Source of the DNA: an uncultured delta proteobacterium
Lineage (GTDB): Bacteria; Desulfobacterota; WTBG01; CAIYCZ01; CAIRTM01
NCBI GenBank assembly: GCA_963804955.1
Contig: CAWDSQ010000008.1
Location: 1 to 64,000, forward strand
Direction of reading: 5' to 3'
DNA length: 64,000 bases
Shown: in pieces, positions 34,141-43,897 of the stretch
Layout of the letters: each line of letters starts with the position of its first letter
Position numbering within the stretch: position 1 is the stretch's first letter
Translations under genes and position numbers: made by a program
Notes under the pieces: generated by a model
Seen by the model: only the letters and a program-made list of their open reading frames with translations
Database searches by the model: none
Told to the model about the DNA's origin: nothing

Positions 34141-34653
34141 TCAATATGTCAGCAGTGAAAAAATATTTTTCCCGGCCAGGGCGTCCCTGCCCTTCAGGCC
34201 GGCAAGCTCTATGATGAAGCAGCACTCGGCCACAACCCCGCCGGTTTTTTCAACAAGTTCACAGGCCGCCTGCATGGTGCCGCCGGTTGCCAGCAGGTCG
34301 TCGATGAGCAGCACGCGCATGCCCGGGGTGACGGCATCAACATGCATTTCGATTTTGTCCGTGCCGTATTCAAGGCTGTACCGGGCAGACACGGTTTTTG
34401 CCGGCAGCTTGCCCGGCTTGCGTATGGGGATGAACCCCAGGCCCAGTTTTGCCGCCAGGGCGGCGCCGAAAATAAAGCCGCGTGATTCGATGCCAATGAT
34501 AGCGTCAAGGCTGCCGGCCGGGTAGCGCTGCGCAAGCTCATTAATGACACAGGAAAAAGCCGCTCCGTCTTTCAGCATGGTGGTGATATCGCGGAAGAGT
34601 ATGCCCGGCTTGGGGAAATCGGGTATGCTGCGTATGGTGCTTTTGAGATCCAT
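34141..34653 (-). CDS. apt: Adenine phosphoribosyltransferase
   Basis: PDFPKPGILFRDIT, ESRGF and IDDLLATGGT. Confidence 0.96.
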   Translation of the reverse strand: MDLKSTIRSIPDFPKPGILFRDITTMLKDGAAFSCVINELAQRYPAGSLDAIIGIESRGFIFGAALAAKLGLGFIPIRKPGKLPAKTVSARYSLEYGTDKIEMHVDAVTPGMRVLLIDDLLATGGTMQAACELVEKTGGVVAECCFIIELAGLKGRDALAGKNIFSLLTY

Positions 34654-34664
34654 GAATGCTCCTT

Positions 34665-35450
34665 CTACAGTATGGATGATGCTGCCGCCAGGCGGCAGGT
34701 ACAGTCGGTGAAATCAACCTGCTTAATGGCCGCGCGCAGCAGCAGCTTAACGTTTTCAGAGTTTTTCTGCATGGTTTTCTGGATAAGCTCCCAGGAGACG
34801 GGCTCCTCGCTTGCATGCCAGCAGTCATAATCGGTGCTCATGGCGATGGCGGCATAGCAGATGCCCGCCTCCCGCGCCAGCACGACTTCGGGCACGGTGC
34901 TCATATTGATGACGTCGGCGCCCCACATGCGAAACATTTTGCTCTCGGCGCGGGTGGAGAAGCGGGGGCCTTCTATGGTGATAACCGTTCCGCAGCCATG
35001 GGAGTCAAGGCCGAGAGTTCCTGCTGTTTTTGAAAGGATGGCGCGCAGTTTGTCGCAAAAGGGGTCTGCCATGGGAATGTGACAGACCTCCTGCCCTTCA
35101 TAGAACGTGGCGATGCGACGCGTGGTGCGGTCGATGAACTGGTCGGGAAATATAAGATGCCCGGGCTTGATTTCCTCCCGCAGGGACCCGACGGCCGTGA
35201 CGGCAAAGATATGCGTCACGCCCACTTGTTTCATGGCCCAGATATTGGCCCTGAAATTGACTGCCGACGGGTATATGCTGTGGCTGTCTCCGTGGCGCGG
35301 CAGCGTTGCGATCTCGATGCCGTCAAGCCTCCCCGTGGTCACAAGTCCAGACGGTGCGCCATAGGGCGTATGCACCTTCTGCATGGCCGCGTTTTCCAGC
35401 AGCCCCGGATTGCCGAATCCCGTGCCGCCGATGATGCCGATTTTGATCAT
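34665..35450 (-). CDS. mtnP: S-methyl-5'-thioadenosine phosphorylase
   Basis: IGIIGGTG, RHG, NFRANIWA, EGPRFSTRAES and TDYDCW. Confidence 0.93.
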   Translation of the reverse strand: MIKIGIIGGTGFGNPGLLENAAMQKVHTPYGAPSGLVTTGRLDGIEIATLPRHGDSHSIYPSAVNFRANIWAMKQVGVTHIFAVTAVGSLREEIKPGHLIFPDQFIDRTTRRIATFYEGQEVCHIPMADPFCDKLRAILSKTAGTLGLDSHGCGTVITIEGPRFSTRAESKMFRMWGADVINMSTVPEVVLAREAGICYAAIAMSTDYDCWHASEEPVSWELIQKTMQKNSENVKLLLRAAIKQVDFTDCTCRLAAASSIL

Positions 35451-35690
35451 GCGGTGCTCCTTTTTCTGCCCGGAAGAGGTGAAAAAACGTTTTAAACAAT
35501 AGCAGAAGGCCCGGCAGCGGGCAAGCATTAAATCGGCGGCGGCATATCGCGAGTTTGCGGGGGTAGCCCATGAGTGGTCCGGCAGCGCTTGTGCTGGCTG
35601 CGTGCGCATTGCGGGAAGCCGGTCGGCAGGGAGCATCAGCTGCAGCCCCGCCCTGCGCGTGAGCAACAGGATGCCTTATGGGACAGGTTT

Positions 35691-36524
35691 TTAATGCAGG
35701 ACGCGCTTGCGCTCGGCGCTGAGATATTTCACCATCGTGATGCTGGTGCCCTTTTCATTGAAAAAGACCTCATCCATCAGGTATTTGACGATGAATATTC
35801 CCCGCTTGTCAGGCAGTGTTGACGTGGTTTCCGCAAACTCGCCGGTAAGGGCTGTGCAGTCAAACCCCTCTCCTTCGTCTTCAATGGTTATGGACAGCTT
35901 TTCGCTGTCAAATACGGCCCGGAGCAGTATCTTTTTTGATTCATCCATTTGATTGCCGTGGGCAAAGGCGTTATTGAGCAGCTCGTCAAGGCAGATGGAG
36001 ATATTGCTTAAGAACATTTCGTCTTCAATGCCCCGCCACTGACATTCCCGCACGACATACAGGGCCGCCGAGGCAAGCAGGTGCGAGTAGTTCGGAATTT
36101 CTATTTCCGTGATATTTTTGATGCCTTCCTGCAGGCGGTGCGTACCCAGAGAAAATTCCCGCAGCCGCAGGCCGCGCTTGATGACGTTTTCAATTTCCTT
36201 AATAGTGAAGGGCTTTGTGATGAAGTTGTAGGCGCCGTGACTCAGCGCGCTCACCACATTGTTGACATCGCCATGACCGGAAATGACCGCCACGGGGATA
36301 TTTGCATTGATCTGGCGGATTTTTTTTATGAACTCGAATCCATCCATGTTCGGCATCATGAGGTCGGTGATAATAAGGTCAACCTTGCTGGTTTTGACTT
36401 TTTCCAGCCCGTCAGTGCCATCAACAGCGGTGAGGGGATTAAGGTGCAGCCCTTTGAGCATGTTGGCCAGCATGGCAAGCATGGCCTGATCATCGTCGAC
36501 TATAAGAACATTGACTTCTTTCAT
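35691..36524 (-). CDS. Response regulator fused to RsbW-like HATPase (anti-sigma kinase) domain
   Basis: Receiver plus ELLNNAFAHGN, EDEGEGFD and RGIFIV. Confidence 0.85.
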   Translation of the reverse strand: MKEVNVLIVDDDQAMLAMLANMLKGLHLNPLTAVDGTDGLEKVKTSKVDLIITDLMMPNMDGFEFIKKIRQINANIPVAVISGHGDVNNVVSALSHGAYNFITKPFTIKEIENVIKRGLRLREFSLGTHRLQEGIKNITEIEIPNYSHLLASAALYVVRECQWRGIEDEMFLSNISICLDELLNNAFAHGNQMDESKKILLRAVFDSEKLSITIEDEGEGFDCTALTGEFAETTSTLPDKRGIFIVKYLMDEVFFNEKGTSITMVKYLSAERKRVLH

Positions 36525-36785
36525 GGCTCACCCCGTTATTTGTGATTGCGTAGCGTTCATGGTCGGTTTATTCATTTTATATAATACCCGCATAATATAT
36601 AATCAAGTAAATAAGTTAAAAAATCGATTTGCCGTATGCTGACTCCGAAGGATTCCTGCCGGGAATGCGCAGTAAAAGCTTGCTTTTTTCGAAGATATTG
36701 GCTACTAATTCTCCAAAAATATAAATAGTTGGTTGTCGATTTCAATCTCTGTAAGAAGGGGGTCTCTGCATGGCTGAATCTCAAT

Positions 36786-37112
36786 ATGCCAAAATGCGCA
36801 GCAAGGTTCGTATCAAAACAGACCTCAAGGCACACTGTTTCATACAAAACGAGGAAGCTCAGCCCATTGAATGCACTGATCATTGATTTGAGCACCGCCG
36901 GAGCCGGGGTGGTCTTCCAGCATAATGGAAAGATTGCCATCGGAGATATTGTTGCGATTAATATTTTTTTACCGAATACTATTTTGCATGTTGCGGTTCG
37001 CGCCGAAATCCGGTGGTTGCGGCGCAGGGCTAAAGACATGATTTGCGGCACCCAATTTCAGGAAGTGCTCAGCGAAAGAATGTTTAACCAGCTTATTAAA
37101 AAAAACCCCTGA
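36786..37112 (+). CDS. PilZ-domain protein
   Basis: IIDLSTAGAG (DxSxxG), AEIRW and CGTQF; RxxxR motif degenerate. Confidence 0.65.
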   Translation: MPKCAARFVSKQTSRHTVSYKTRKLSPLNALIIDLSTAGAGVVFQHNGKIAIGDIVAINIFLPNTILHVAVRAEIRWLRRRAKDMICGTQFQEVLSERMFNQLIKKNP

Positions 37113-37213
37113 AGCCTGCTTTTCTTCTGCCAATAGAAGCGCCTTGTTTTTTTAAACCCCATCCCTGCCGATACAGGGCTGAAGGGTTTGCCGATTGTGC
37201 CGGGAAAAAGCGA

Positions 37214-37242
37214 TTGACAAAACAGGCAATTTTGGTTATTTT
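37214..37242 (+). promoter_or_regulatory. Sigma70 promoter of tRNA-Asn
   Basis: TTGACA-17 bp-TATTTT about 30 bp upstream of the tRNA. Confidence 0.65.
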
Positions 37243-37272
37243 ACTACTTTGCTTTTGTATCGATAATTCTGT

Positions 37273-37348
37273 TCCCCAGTAGCTCAGTCGGTAGAGCGGG
37301 TGGCTGTTAACCACCATGTCCGTGGTTCGAGTCCGCGCTGGGGAGCCA
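37273..37348 (+). tRNA. tRNA-Asn (GTT)
   Basis: 76 nt; acceptor TCCCCAG/CTGGGGA, anticodon arm GGTGG-CTGTTAA-CCACC, GGTTCGAGTCC T-arm, encoded CCA. Confidence 0.98.
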
Positions 37349-37353
37349 ACTTT

Positions 37354-37389
37354 AAAAGCCCGGTTCCGTTAAGGAGCCGGGCTTTTCTT
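37354..37389. terminator. Bidirectional rho-independent terminator after tRNA; same family as the terminators in repeats R1-R5
   Basis: aaaagcccggttcc-gttaa-ggagccgggctttt. Confidence 0.85.
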
Positions 37390-37417
37390 GATTCCAGAGT
37401 CAGTGTGAGCAAAGAAC

Positions 37418-37756
37418 TTAGAGGAATTCTATTTGGTTTTTGATAGCGTTTTTTGAAGAGCGTTGTAAAAAAGTTAACAGCCTGCGAAGGGTTTCTCCAA
37501 TCGGAAGGTGTTTTGAAACAATAATACCAAAATGCTCCCTGCCGCTACCAAGGTATTCGTTATGCAGCAGAACGAAATCTTTCACATTATAGGTAACCAG
37601 GCATCTTCCTTGCTTTGCCGAAAATTGTAGTTGCTCATCATCCGACTTGCCTTTTTGGCTTAGTTCTTGAGCGTGATACGCATCGTAGCCTCTCTGGCGA
37701 AGAGCATGTGCTACAGCAAGCTGCACATCTTCATCCAGCAGCAGTTTTATCTTCAT
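37418..37756 (-). CDS. DUF5615 family PIN-like toxin
   Basis: KLLLDED, GKSDDEQL, LVTYNVKDF and HFGII. Confidence 0.85.
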   Translation of the reverse strand: MKIKLLLDEDVQLAVAHALRQRGYDAYHAQELSQKGKSDDEQLQFSAKQGRCLVTYNVKDFVLLHNEYLGSGREHFGIIVSKHLPIGETLRRLLTFLQRSSKNAIKNQIEFL

Positions 37757-38064
37757 GCGCGCGCTTTCCGTTTTGCCGGGCTGCGCCCTCCTTGTTTTTT
37801 CCAGAAAGCAATATCTGAAGATTCTTTTATTTCACTATCCAGTTCTTTTTGATGGTCAAAATAATATGCAAGAGCGGAATGCACTTGTGCGGAAGTAAGA
37901 TGAGATAGATTTATAAGAATCTCATCAACGCTCATCCCCATCTGGTAATACTCGGCAATACATCTAACGGTAATTCTTGTCCCCTCAATTACAGGTTCAC
38001 CATGAGCAATATCATGCCGGAATATAATGTAAGGATATGTTATTTTTGCAAGAGCTTTACCCAT
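37753..38064 (-). CDS. DUF433 family antitoxin
   Basis: GEPVIEGTRITV and LTSAQVHSALAYY; 4-bp overlap with DUF5615 gene. Confidence 0.9.
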   Translation of the reverse strand: MGKALAKITYPYIIFRHDIAHGEPVIEGTRITVRCIAEYYQMGMSVDEILINLSHLTSAQVHSALAYYFDHQKELDSEIKESSDIAFWKKQGGRSPAKRKARA

Positions 38065-38077
38065 AACAAATATCTCC

Positions 38078-38128
38078 TTAATAATTTATCAAATCCGTTG
38101 AATTGCTGACGACTATTTTTTTTGCCAC
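38078..38128 (-). pseudogene. Truncated N-terminus of a DUF3368-like PIN toxin
   Basis: GTG overlapping the UPF0175 3' end reads (M)AKKIVVSNSTDLINY*. Confidence 0.55.
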
Positions 38129-38379
38129 TGAGCTATGTTCTCCATGTCGGCACGATAGTCCTGAAGGTCATACTGCCGTTCGATCTGCTTATTGCCGAGA
38201 AAAAAATGGAAATCGGTCTTGGTCATATTGGCCAGTTTCCGCGCACTGCCCAGTGACAGCATCCCTTCTTTGTAAAGAGCAGCCGCCAACTCTTTCCTTA
38301 TGGTATTTTTGAGTTTATGTTTTGGAATTTTTGCTTCCAGCAAAATCTCATAAGGTACATCTATTACAATACTGCTCAC
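38113..38379 (-). CDS. UPF0175 family antitoxin-like protein
   Basis: LAAALYKEGMLSLGSARKLA and YDLQDYRAD; GTG start with AGGAG RBS. Confidence 0.85.
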   Translation of the reverse strand: MSSIVIDVPYEILLEAKIPKHKLKNTIRKELAAALYKEGMLSLGSARKLANMTKTDFHFFLGNKQIERQYDLQDYRADMENIAQWQKK

Positions 38380-38467
38380 GGTGAGTCTCCTTTCAATCGA
38401 ACCGGCAGGGCACTGTTGAAATAAACCTTGATTTTTCCGGCTATTACATCCCAAAGACCTATAATGC

Positions 38468-38496
38468 AGTATAGAAAGCAGCGGCTTATGTGTCAA
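38468..38496 (-). promoter_or_regulatory. Sigma70 promoter of module 1
   Basis: Minus strand TTGACA-17 bp-TATACT. Confidence 0.7.
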
Positions 38497-38546
38497 TCAA
38501 AAGATGTGCAACGCTCCAGAGCTACTTTGAAAAACGATGTTGGGAA

Positions 38547-38642
38547 AATTAAAGCGTTACTGTAATCTCCCCGTGCCTAGACATGTCCGGGTTGGGGAGG
38601 CAAAAGTAAAAGCCCGATTCCTTTTGGAGCCGGGTTTTTTTT
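38547..38642 (+). repeat. att-like repeat R1
   Basis: aattaaagcgtta-ctgt-aatctccccgtgcctagacatgtccgggttggggaggca...aaaagcccgattccttttggagccgggtttt. Confidence 0.9.
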
Positions 38643-38665
38643 ATGATTAAGAAAAAGGTGCAGTT

Positions 38666-38995
38666 CTAAAGAAGTGTGTGGAGCTTTGCCATGACTTCAG
38701 CAAGGATATCCTCTGAAACCCGGGCAACCAATTTTGCTTCCCGCGTCTGCCAATCGAGACTCTTGACCTGATCGCTTAAGATAACGCCCTTGATACCTTT
38801 AACATTAACGGAGACCTCAAATGGATAGCCCTTGACCTTGCTGGTAATCGGGCAGAACAAGGCAAGACCAACTCGACGATTATACTCGCGGGGAGAGAGA
38901 ACCAGTGCGGGACGATGGCCGGTTTGTTCATGTCCGCTTTGAGGATTAAACTGAAGCCAGACAATGTCGCCCCTATCCGGCACAAAGGCCGGCAT
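38666..38995 (-). CDS. mazF: MazF/PemK endoribonuclease toxin
   Basis: PDRGDIVWLQFNPQSGHEQTGHRPALVLSP and CPITSKVKGYPFEV. Confidence 0.95.
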   Translation of the reverse strand: MPAFVPDRGDIVWLQFNPQSGHEQTGHRPALVLSPREYNRRVGLALFCPITSKVKGYPFEVSVNVKGIKGVILSDQVKSLDWQTREAKLVARVSEDILAEVMAKLHTLL

Positions 38996-39237
38996 TACCA
39001 GACCTCCTTGCCCTGGGCCGAACCAAAATCAACTTCGCCGTGGATATTTCCTTTTTTAATTTTTTTAAGCATATCTTCAAGCGCAAAGACGGGCTTCTCA
39101 ACGGGCACTATCACCAGGCGGTTGCCTTCCTCAAGTATCTCAACCTGGGATCCTTCATATAGCTTAATATCTTTGGCTACCGGGCTTGGAATCCGCACAC
39201 CCAGGCTATTACCCCATTTTTGCACAGTTGTAATCAT
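38995..39237 (-). CDS. mazE: MazE/AbrB antitoxin
   Basis: VQKWGNSLGVRIP and C-terminal GKEVW; palindromic operator 39257-39279 and TTGACG -35 at 39294-39299. Confidence 0.95.
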   Translation of the reverse strand: MITTVQKWGNSLGVRIPSPVAKDIKLYEGSQVEILEEGNRLVIVPVEKPVFALEDMLKKIKKGNIHGEVDFGSAQGKEVW

Positions 39238-39432
39238 GACAAGCCTCTATGAATAGATGTTTATACATAGTATATACATTCAAAAAGATTATTCGTCAAT
39301 AGTGTTTTATTTAGTACCCCTCTTAGCTCTCCGGTCACAAGTTCAAATTCTTATTTGAAATTGCGTTTAGACGCTACGTTTAGTTTGCATCAGTAATGCG
39401 GAAGGGTTTTTTCAAAGTTGTCCGCAAAGAAA

Positions 39433-39528
39433 AATGAAAGCCTTACAGTAATCTCCCCGTGCCCAGATGGGGTCGTGATGGGGTGCCAATTTTAAAAGCC
39501 CGATTCCTTTTGGAGCCGGGCTTTTTTT
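39433..39528 (+). repeat. att-like repeat R2
   Basis: aatgaaagcctta-cagt-aatctccccgtgcccagatggggtcgtgatggggtgcca...aaaagcccgattccttttggagccgggctttt. Confidence 0.88.
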
Positions 39529-39793
39529 CAAGCAGAATCAGTCTGCCGGATTTAATATCCCGGCAGGCTTTGTACATAAGTCTGTTGGGGTAACGGTCAC
39601 GTTCCTTTCCGGCGGTTTTGACAGCCCGGCCACGAGCCTGCAGCGTGTACAGATACCAGATCTATTTTTGCCTGTATGAAGTGCTTCCCGATGGCGCAGG
39701 CAGCATATACCTGTTTCAGCGAAATCCTCGCGCGGCTGCGTCCTGCGCGCATGCTGGCGAAATCGTTCGGCGCAAGCCAGGCCTCGCTTGAGC

Positions 39794-40594
39794 TTATCGC
39801 ATCATGGATTCAGCTTTTACTCCTGCATCGAGAATTATGATGTCAACCCGCCGGTTCTGCTGCCTGCCCGCCTCGCTGTCATTGCCGGCAACAGGGTAGC
39901 TTTTGCCGTATCCTTTTGAAACAATCCGATAAAATGGGACCTGCCTGCTCAGCAGTGCATTGCGCACAGCCTCTGCCCGGCGCTGCGACAGCTCAAGGTT
40001 ATAGGACTCAGAGCCGATGCTGTCGGTATGGCCTTCGATCAGCACCGAACGGTCTGTGTGCTCGCTTAAAAAAGCCGCCAGCTGGTCGATGGTGCGATTC
40101 GCGCCGGGAAGCAACTGCGCCTTATCAAACTCGAACAACACATCGCCCAGCGTCAGCACCATGCCGCGGTCGCTTTTTTTGGCATTCAGCTCCGCAAGCT
40201 CTGCCGAAAGCTTGTCTGAGCGTTTGCGCTCAAGATCGATTTCCGCATCGCGTGCTTCCAGCAGTACCTGGTTCTTTTCCCTGCCCAGCTCGGTAATGGT
40301 CGCGCCGGAGAGCTTTCGGTCTGCCACGGCCACGGCAATTTGAGCTTTGCGCTCGGCAAGATAGGCCAGGTATTTTACATCCTCGATATTTTCCGCCTTT
40401 TCGGCCTGCTCCAGGGCAAGCTCCGCGTCATACATCTCAACCTGCGCATATTCATTCACCCAGGTTTTTGCTTTTGCTGCAGTGTAGGCGCTGCGCGCCC
40501 GCAGCAGATCAGGCTGATTGGCAGGTATGCTGCTGCAGCCTGCAAGCATGGCGATAAGGATGCAGTATAAGAGATACTCAAATGGTCGCTTCAT
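39794..40594 (-). CDS. OmpA-family lipoprotein with N-terminal DUF4398-like helix
   Basis: Lipobox LAGC; DVLFEFDKA, IEGHTDSIG, NLELSQRRA and NRRV. Confidence 0.9.
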   Translation of the reverse strand: MKRPFEYLLYCILIAMLAGCSSIPANQPDLLRARSAYTAAKAKTWVNEYAQVEMYDAELALEQAEKAENIEDVKYLAYLAERKAQIAVAVADRKLSGATITELGREKNQVLLEARDAEIDLERKRSDKLSAELAELNAKKSDRGMVLTLGDVLFEFDKAQLLPGANRTIDQLAAFLSEHTDRSVLIEGHTDSIGSESYNLELSQRRAEAVRNALLSRQVPFYRIVSKGYGKSYPVAGNDSEAGRQQNRRVDIIILDAGVKAESMMR

Positions 40595-40607
40595 GGCGAG
40601 CCTCCTT

Positions 40608-40997
40608 TTAGGGCTGTTGTCTTTTTTTTATCCGTTCAGCTTCACCTTGAAGCGCCTCGATGCTCTGCCGCATTTCAAAGGCATCCTTTTCCGCCTTGGC
40701 CGAAAGGGCTTTCTCCTGGGCAAGCTGCGCATCAAGCAGTGCTTGATCTATAAGCCGCTCGGCCTGTTCATACTCCTCGTCGGCGATTGCTTTTTTCGCC
40801 GCCTGGTACTTGTCTTCAGCAAACCGCAGCTCCAGTGGCGCATACGTGGAAGCATCAGCCTTGAGCGCATCATTGATGGCATATTCAAGGTTGGCCATTT
40901 TGCCTGTCGGCGCAATCCCGGCGCAGGCTCCGCTGAGCATGACCAGAATAAGGAGAACGCAACACCTCAAGTTTTTTTGCTGTACCAGCAGATTCAT
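40608..40997 (-). CDS. DUF4398 lipoprotein
   Basis: Lipobox GAC; YAPLEL...A; typical pairing with an OmpA-family gene. Confidence 0.8.
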   Translation of the reverse strand: MNLLVQQKNLRCCVLLILVMLSGACAGIAPTGKMANLEYAINDALKADASTYAPLELRFAEDKYQAAKKAIADEEYEQAERLIDQALLDAQLAQEKALSAKAEKDAFEMRQSIEALQGEAERIKKRQQP

Positions 40998-41103
40998 ACG
41001 GACCTCATCGCAAAATAGTTTTGGATTGCTTGATTCAGATTCAGCGCCAGAAAATTATAATTTTTTTTAATGACAGTTGCAAACACTGAGTTTTCCGCGG
41101 GTG

Positions 41104-42971
41104 CTACTTGAAGCAATCTGCGATATCTACCGTATTACTCTCCCTGACTGCCGTATACTTGCTCCACCAGAGGGCATCGATTTGTTTCAGATAGGGCTTT
41201 GTGCCGGGCGTACGGTAACGGGCGAGATGGCCGGGGCCGCCATTATAAACAGCATAGGTTGCCCGGGCAAGGTTGTCGGAGCCCCCGGTCTGAAGGTGCT
41301 CTTTTTTTGCAATCGCATAATCCCGCAGATAATGGAGCAAAATCTCGCAGCCTGCCCGACCATTGTACACGATATCTCCGGAGAGACCGGCGGGATCATA
41401 GATGCCGCGCCAGACTTTATGATTTATCTGCATAATGCCCACCGATGTGCCATTTGAGGACATGAGGGGGGTGAGCTTATTGTTTTTCCGGATAAACTGC
41501 TGCCAGCAGCTCTCCTGCCAGGCAGTGGCAAACACCATGTCGTGGAACAGGGTATGGTAGTGCGGGTCGAGCTTCTTTTTCTCAAGGGCCTCTGTTGCCA
41601 GGTTATCCAGCAGCTGCTGCACCAGGGGGAGATATATGTCAATATCCTTTTTCTCCGGCGCCCAGTTTTTCAACTTTGCATACGCATCGGTTTCTGCCCA
41701 GGCTTCCTGAAGAGACAGGCAGGCTAAAAAACCTGACGGCGCAGCGTTCTGCACGCTCATGCCGGCATCAAAATCAGGGGGAATTGACGGCGCAGGCAGG
41801 GGGGCTCCCAGGCCCAGCAGAGTGCGCAGCTCAGGATCTATGTCGGTTGAGTAGCTGACTGGGTCCTCGGCTGCCTTCGAATCAAGCTTGCGGGAAATAA
41901 TGCGCAGGCTGTCATCAGAGAGTTCAATGCCGCTGTCCCGGCCCCCCTGGCTCAGGGATATGGCTGCATCGGCGGTGGTAATAAAGCTGGTGGCATCCTG
42001 CAGCTCCCGGCCTGGCTGGGCGCCTGCGGTCATACCCATGGCTGCCGAGCGCACCTGGTCCCAGGTCAGCGCGAACAGATTCGGCAGCTGCTCCCGGGCC
42101 CCTGCGTCTACGGCACATTGTAGTTCGGCAATTGCATAGCGCGCATCAAGAAGTGCTGCCAGGCATTTTTCGCGCTCCGGCCCCGTATTCCTGCGGGCCA
42201 TGCGCTTGACAGCAAAGGTGAGAAAGGCATCCCAGCTCTCCAGCCTGCGCCGCTGTTGCTGCTGCCACATCTTTTCAATCCGCTGCTCACGTGTCGGCTT
42301 TGTGAAAGTCGGCGGAACCCTCACCTCGATCAAAACGCCACGGCCGTCAGGCGCCATTTTGAGTTTTTGTACGGTAATGGATTCGGCCAGGGCTTGTGCC
42401 TCCTCGGGTCTGCTGGGCAGCATGGTTGGCAGCAGCGCGCGCAGCTCGGCCATCGGGCTGGAGAAATCAACCCTGAGCGCTTCGATGCGGGGATACAGGT
42501 TGTTTTTGATGATGCTGTAGAGTTTCAGGTCCGGATGACCTGGAGTGCGGTTTTCATCAAGCAGCCTGTAGCCCGTAATTTTTAAGGCCGCTGAGCTGGT
42601 GGCGGGATCAAGCCACGGCTCGAGCAGATATTTCCACAAATCCTTTCCATTCACGGGAGCCCGTGCAGAGCGCCGTCCTGTATTTCGCCAAGATGAGCGC
42701 TGCCCGGCATGGTGATTTTCAGGCAGCTTTTCTGTACGTCAACATACGGCCTCGCAAGGATAAAGCGGCTGCAGCCGCCGTCTTCGTCAAGAATTGTACA
42801 CTGCTCATCGGGCTCTTTGAAAATCTGCTCCAGCAGGGGGGCTCTGATAAGGCCGGAATCAAAATAGAGCGGCACCTTAAGCAGTGTGGCGGGGCAGGCC
42901 TCAGGCGCAAACCCGAACAGGATCAGCGCCACGAGTGCACTAATTGCTGCGCAGGGAATGGTGATTTTCAT
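41104..42971 (-). CDS. Large exported protein with C-terminal lytic transglycosylase (SLT)-like domain; indel near 42655
   Basis: ATAWQESCW (catalytic ES), GIMQIN and AVYNGGPG; signal peptide in ORF 42651..42986. Confidence 0.78.
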
Positions 42972-43378
42972 GGCCGGTTCTTTCATAATGAATCAGCAAA
43001 CGGTGCATGTATGCGGGATCGGCAATGACAAAAGCCGGATTCCTTATCGATACTACATTGTTGAAGAGATGGATTCTCTCAGCAGCTTTAATAATTCCCT
43101 GAGGATGCCCTGCAAAGCTTTCTTTTATGCTAATCCTTGCGGCTAAAGGCAAGCAGCTGCTGTGTAAGGTGCTAGATGCCTGCTTTGGAATAGTGCAAAT
43201 ATAGGCCGATGGTTGTTATGAGTCAAGGTAAATGCCTGATCAGAATAACCTCGCGGGGGTGGGGTGAGGTGTGCGCTGAATATCATGTATCACAATGTGT
43301 TATGCTCTTTCTGAATCGCCAAAATTCCACAGTGCGGCTACTTGCCAAAACAATTTGCGGAATATTTCGATATGAAAA

Positions 43379-43474
43379 GATCAAAGACTTAAAGTAATCT
43401 CCCAGTGTCCAAACGGATCCGAGCTGGGGAGCCCCATTTAAAAGCCTGATTCCGCGAAGGAGCCGGGCTTTTTT
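43379..43474 (+). repeat. att-like repeat R3
   Basis: gatcaaagactta-aagt-aatctcccagtgtccaaacggatccgagctggggagcc...aaaagcctgattccgcgaaggagccgggctttt. Confidence 0.88.
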
Positions 43475-43897
43475 GGTGTCTGCATGGTTTATTAACGTGT
43501 TTGTTTTGCGTTATAGCGGAACAGGGAGATACTATGTCAGCCGACAAGCGCTCGGACATTTAGCTACCCGTTCTTATTGTGTCGGCGACATAATTAACGG
43601 TTGTATGCTTGCTAAAATAAGAGAAGATCGGGTTAGGCTTGAGTGCGATGGAGAAAAGGTAAGACTTTATCTGCATTGATACAGTAACAGCGTATTTTGA
43701 TATCGAGAAGCCTTCAGGTCATGTGCCTGCGCTCGGGGAATTTGGATATATCCCCCGCAGGTGAGCCGCCCTGAGGCCTAAAGATGCATGCAACCCAAAA
43801 TTTTGATATTCCCCCCAAGGTAGTAAGATAAACTGAACGGACAGCTGTTATAAAGAAAATTTGAATGTACTTTATCAGCGTTTCTGTACTCCATAGT

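Noticed and set aside
32606..34225. 539-aa RfaE1-DUF4416 fusion in the ORF track
   Set aside because: DUF4416 has its own GTGA start, typical of overlap with an upstream stop. With the high indel rate, the fusion is probably an artefact, though this is not proven.
43473..43679. Small ORF resembling a GspC/PilP-type beta domain (VGDIING...KIREDRVRLE)
   Set aside because: Short, has no credible start and begins inside the terminator; at most a gene remnant.
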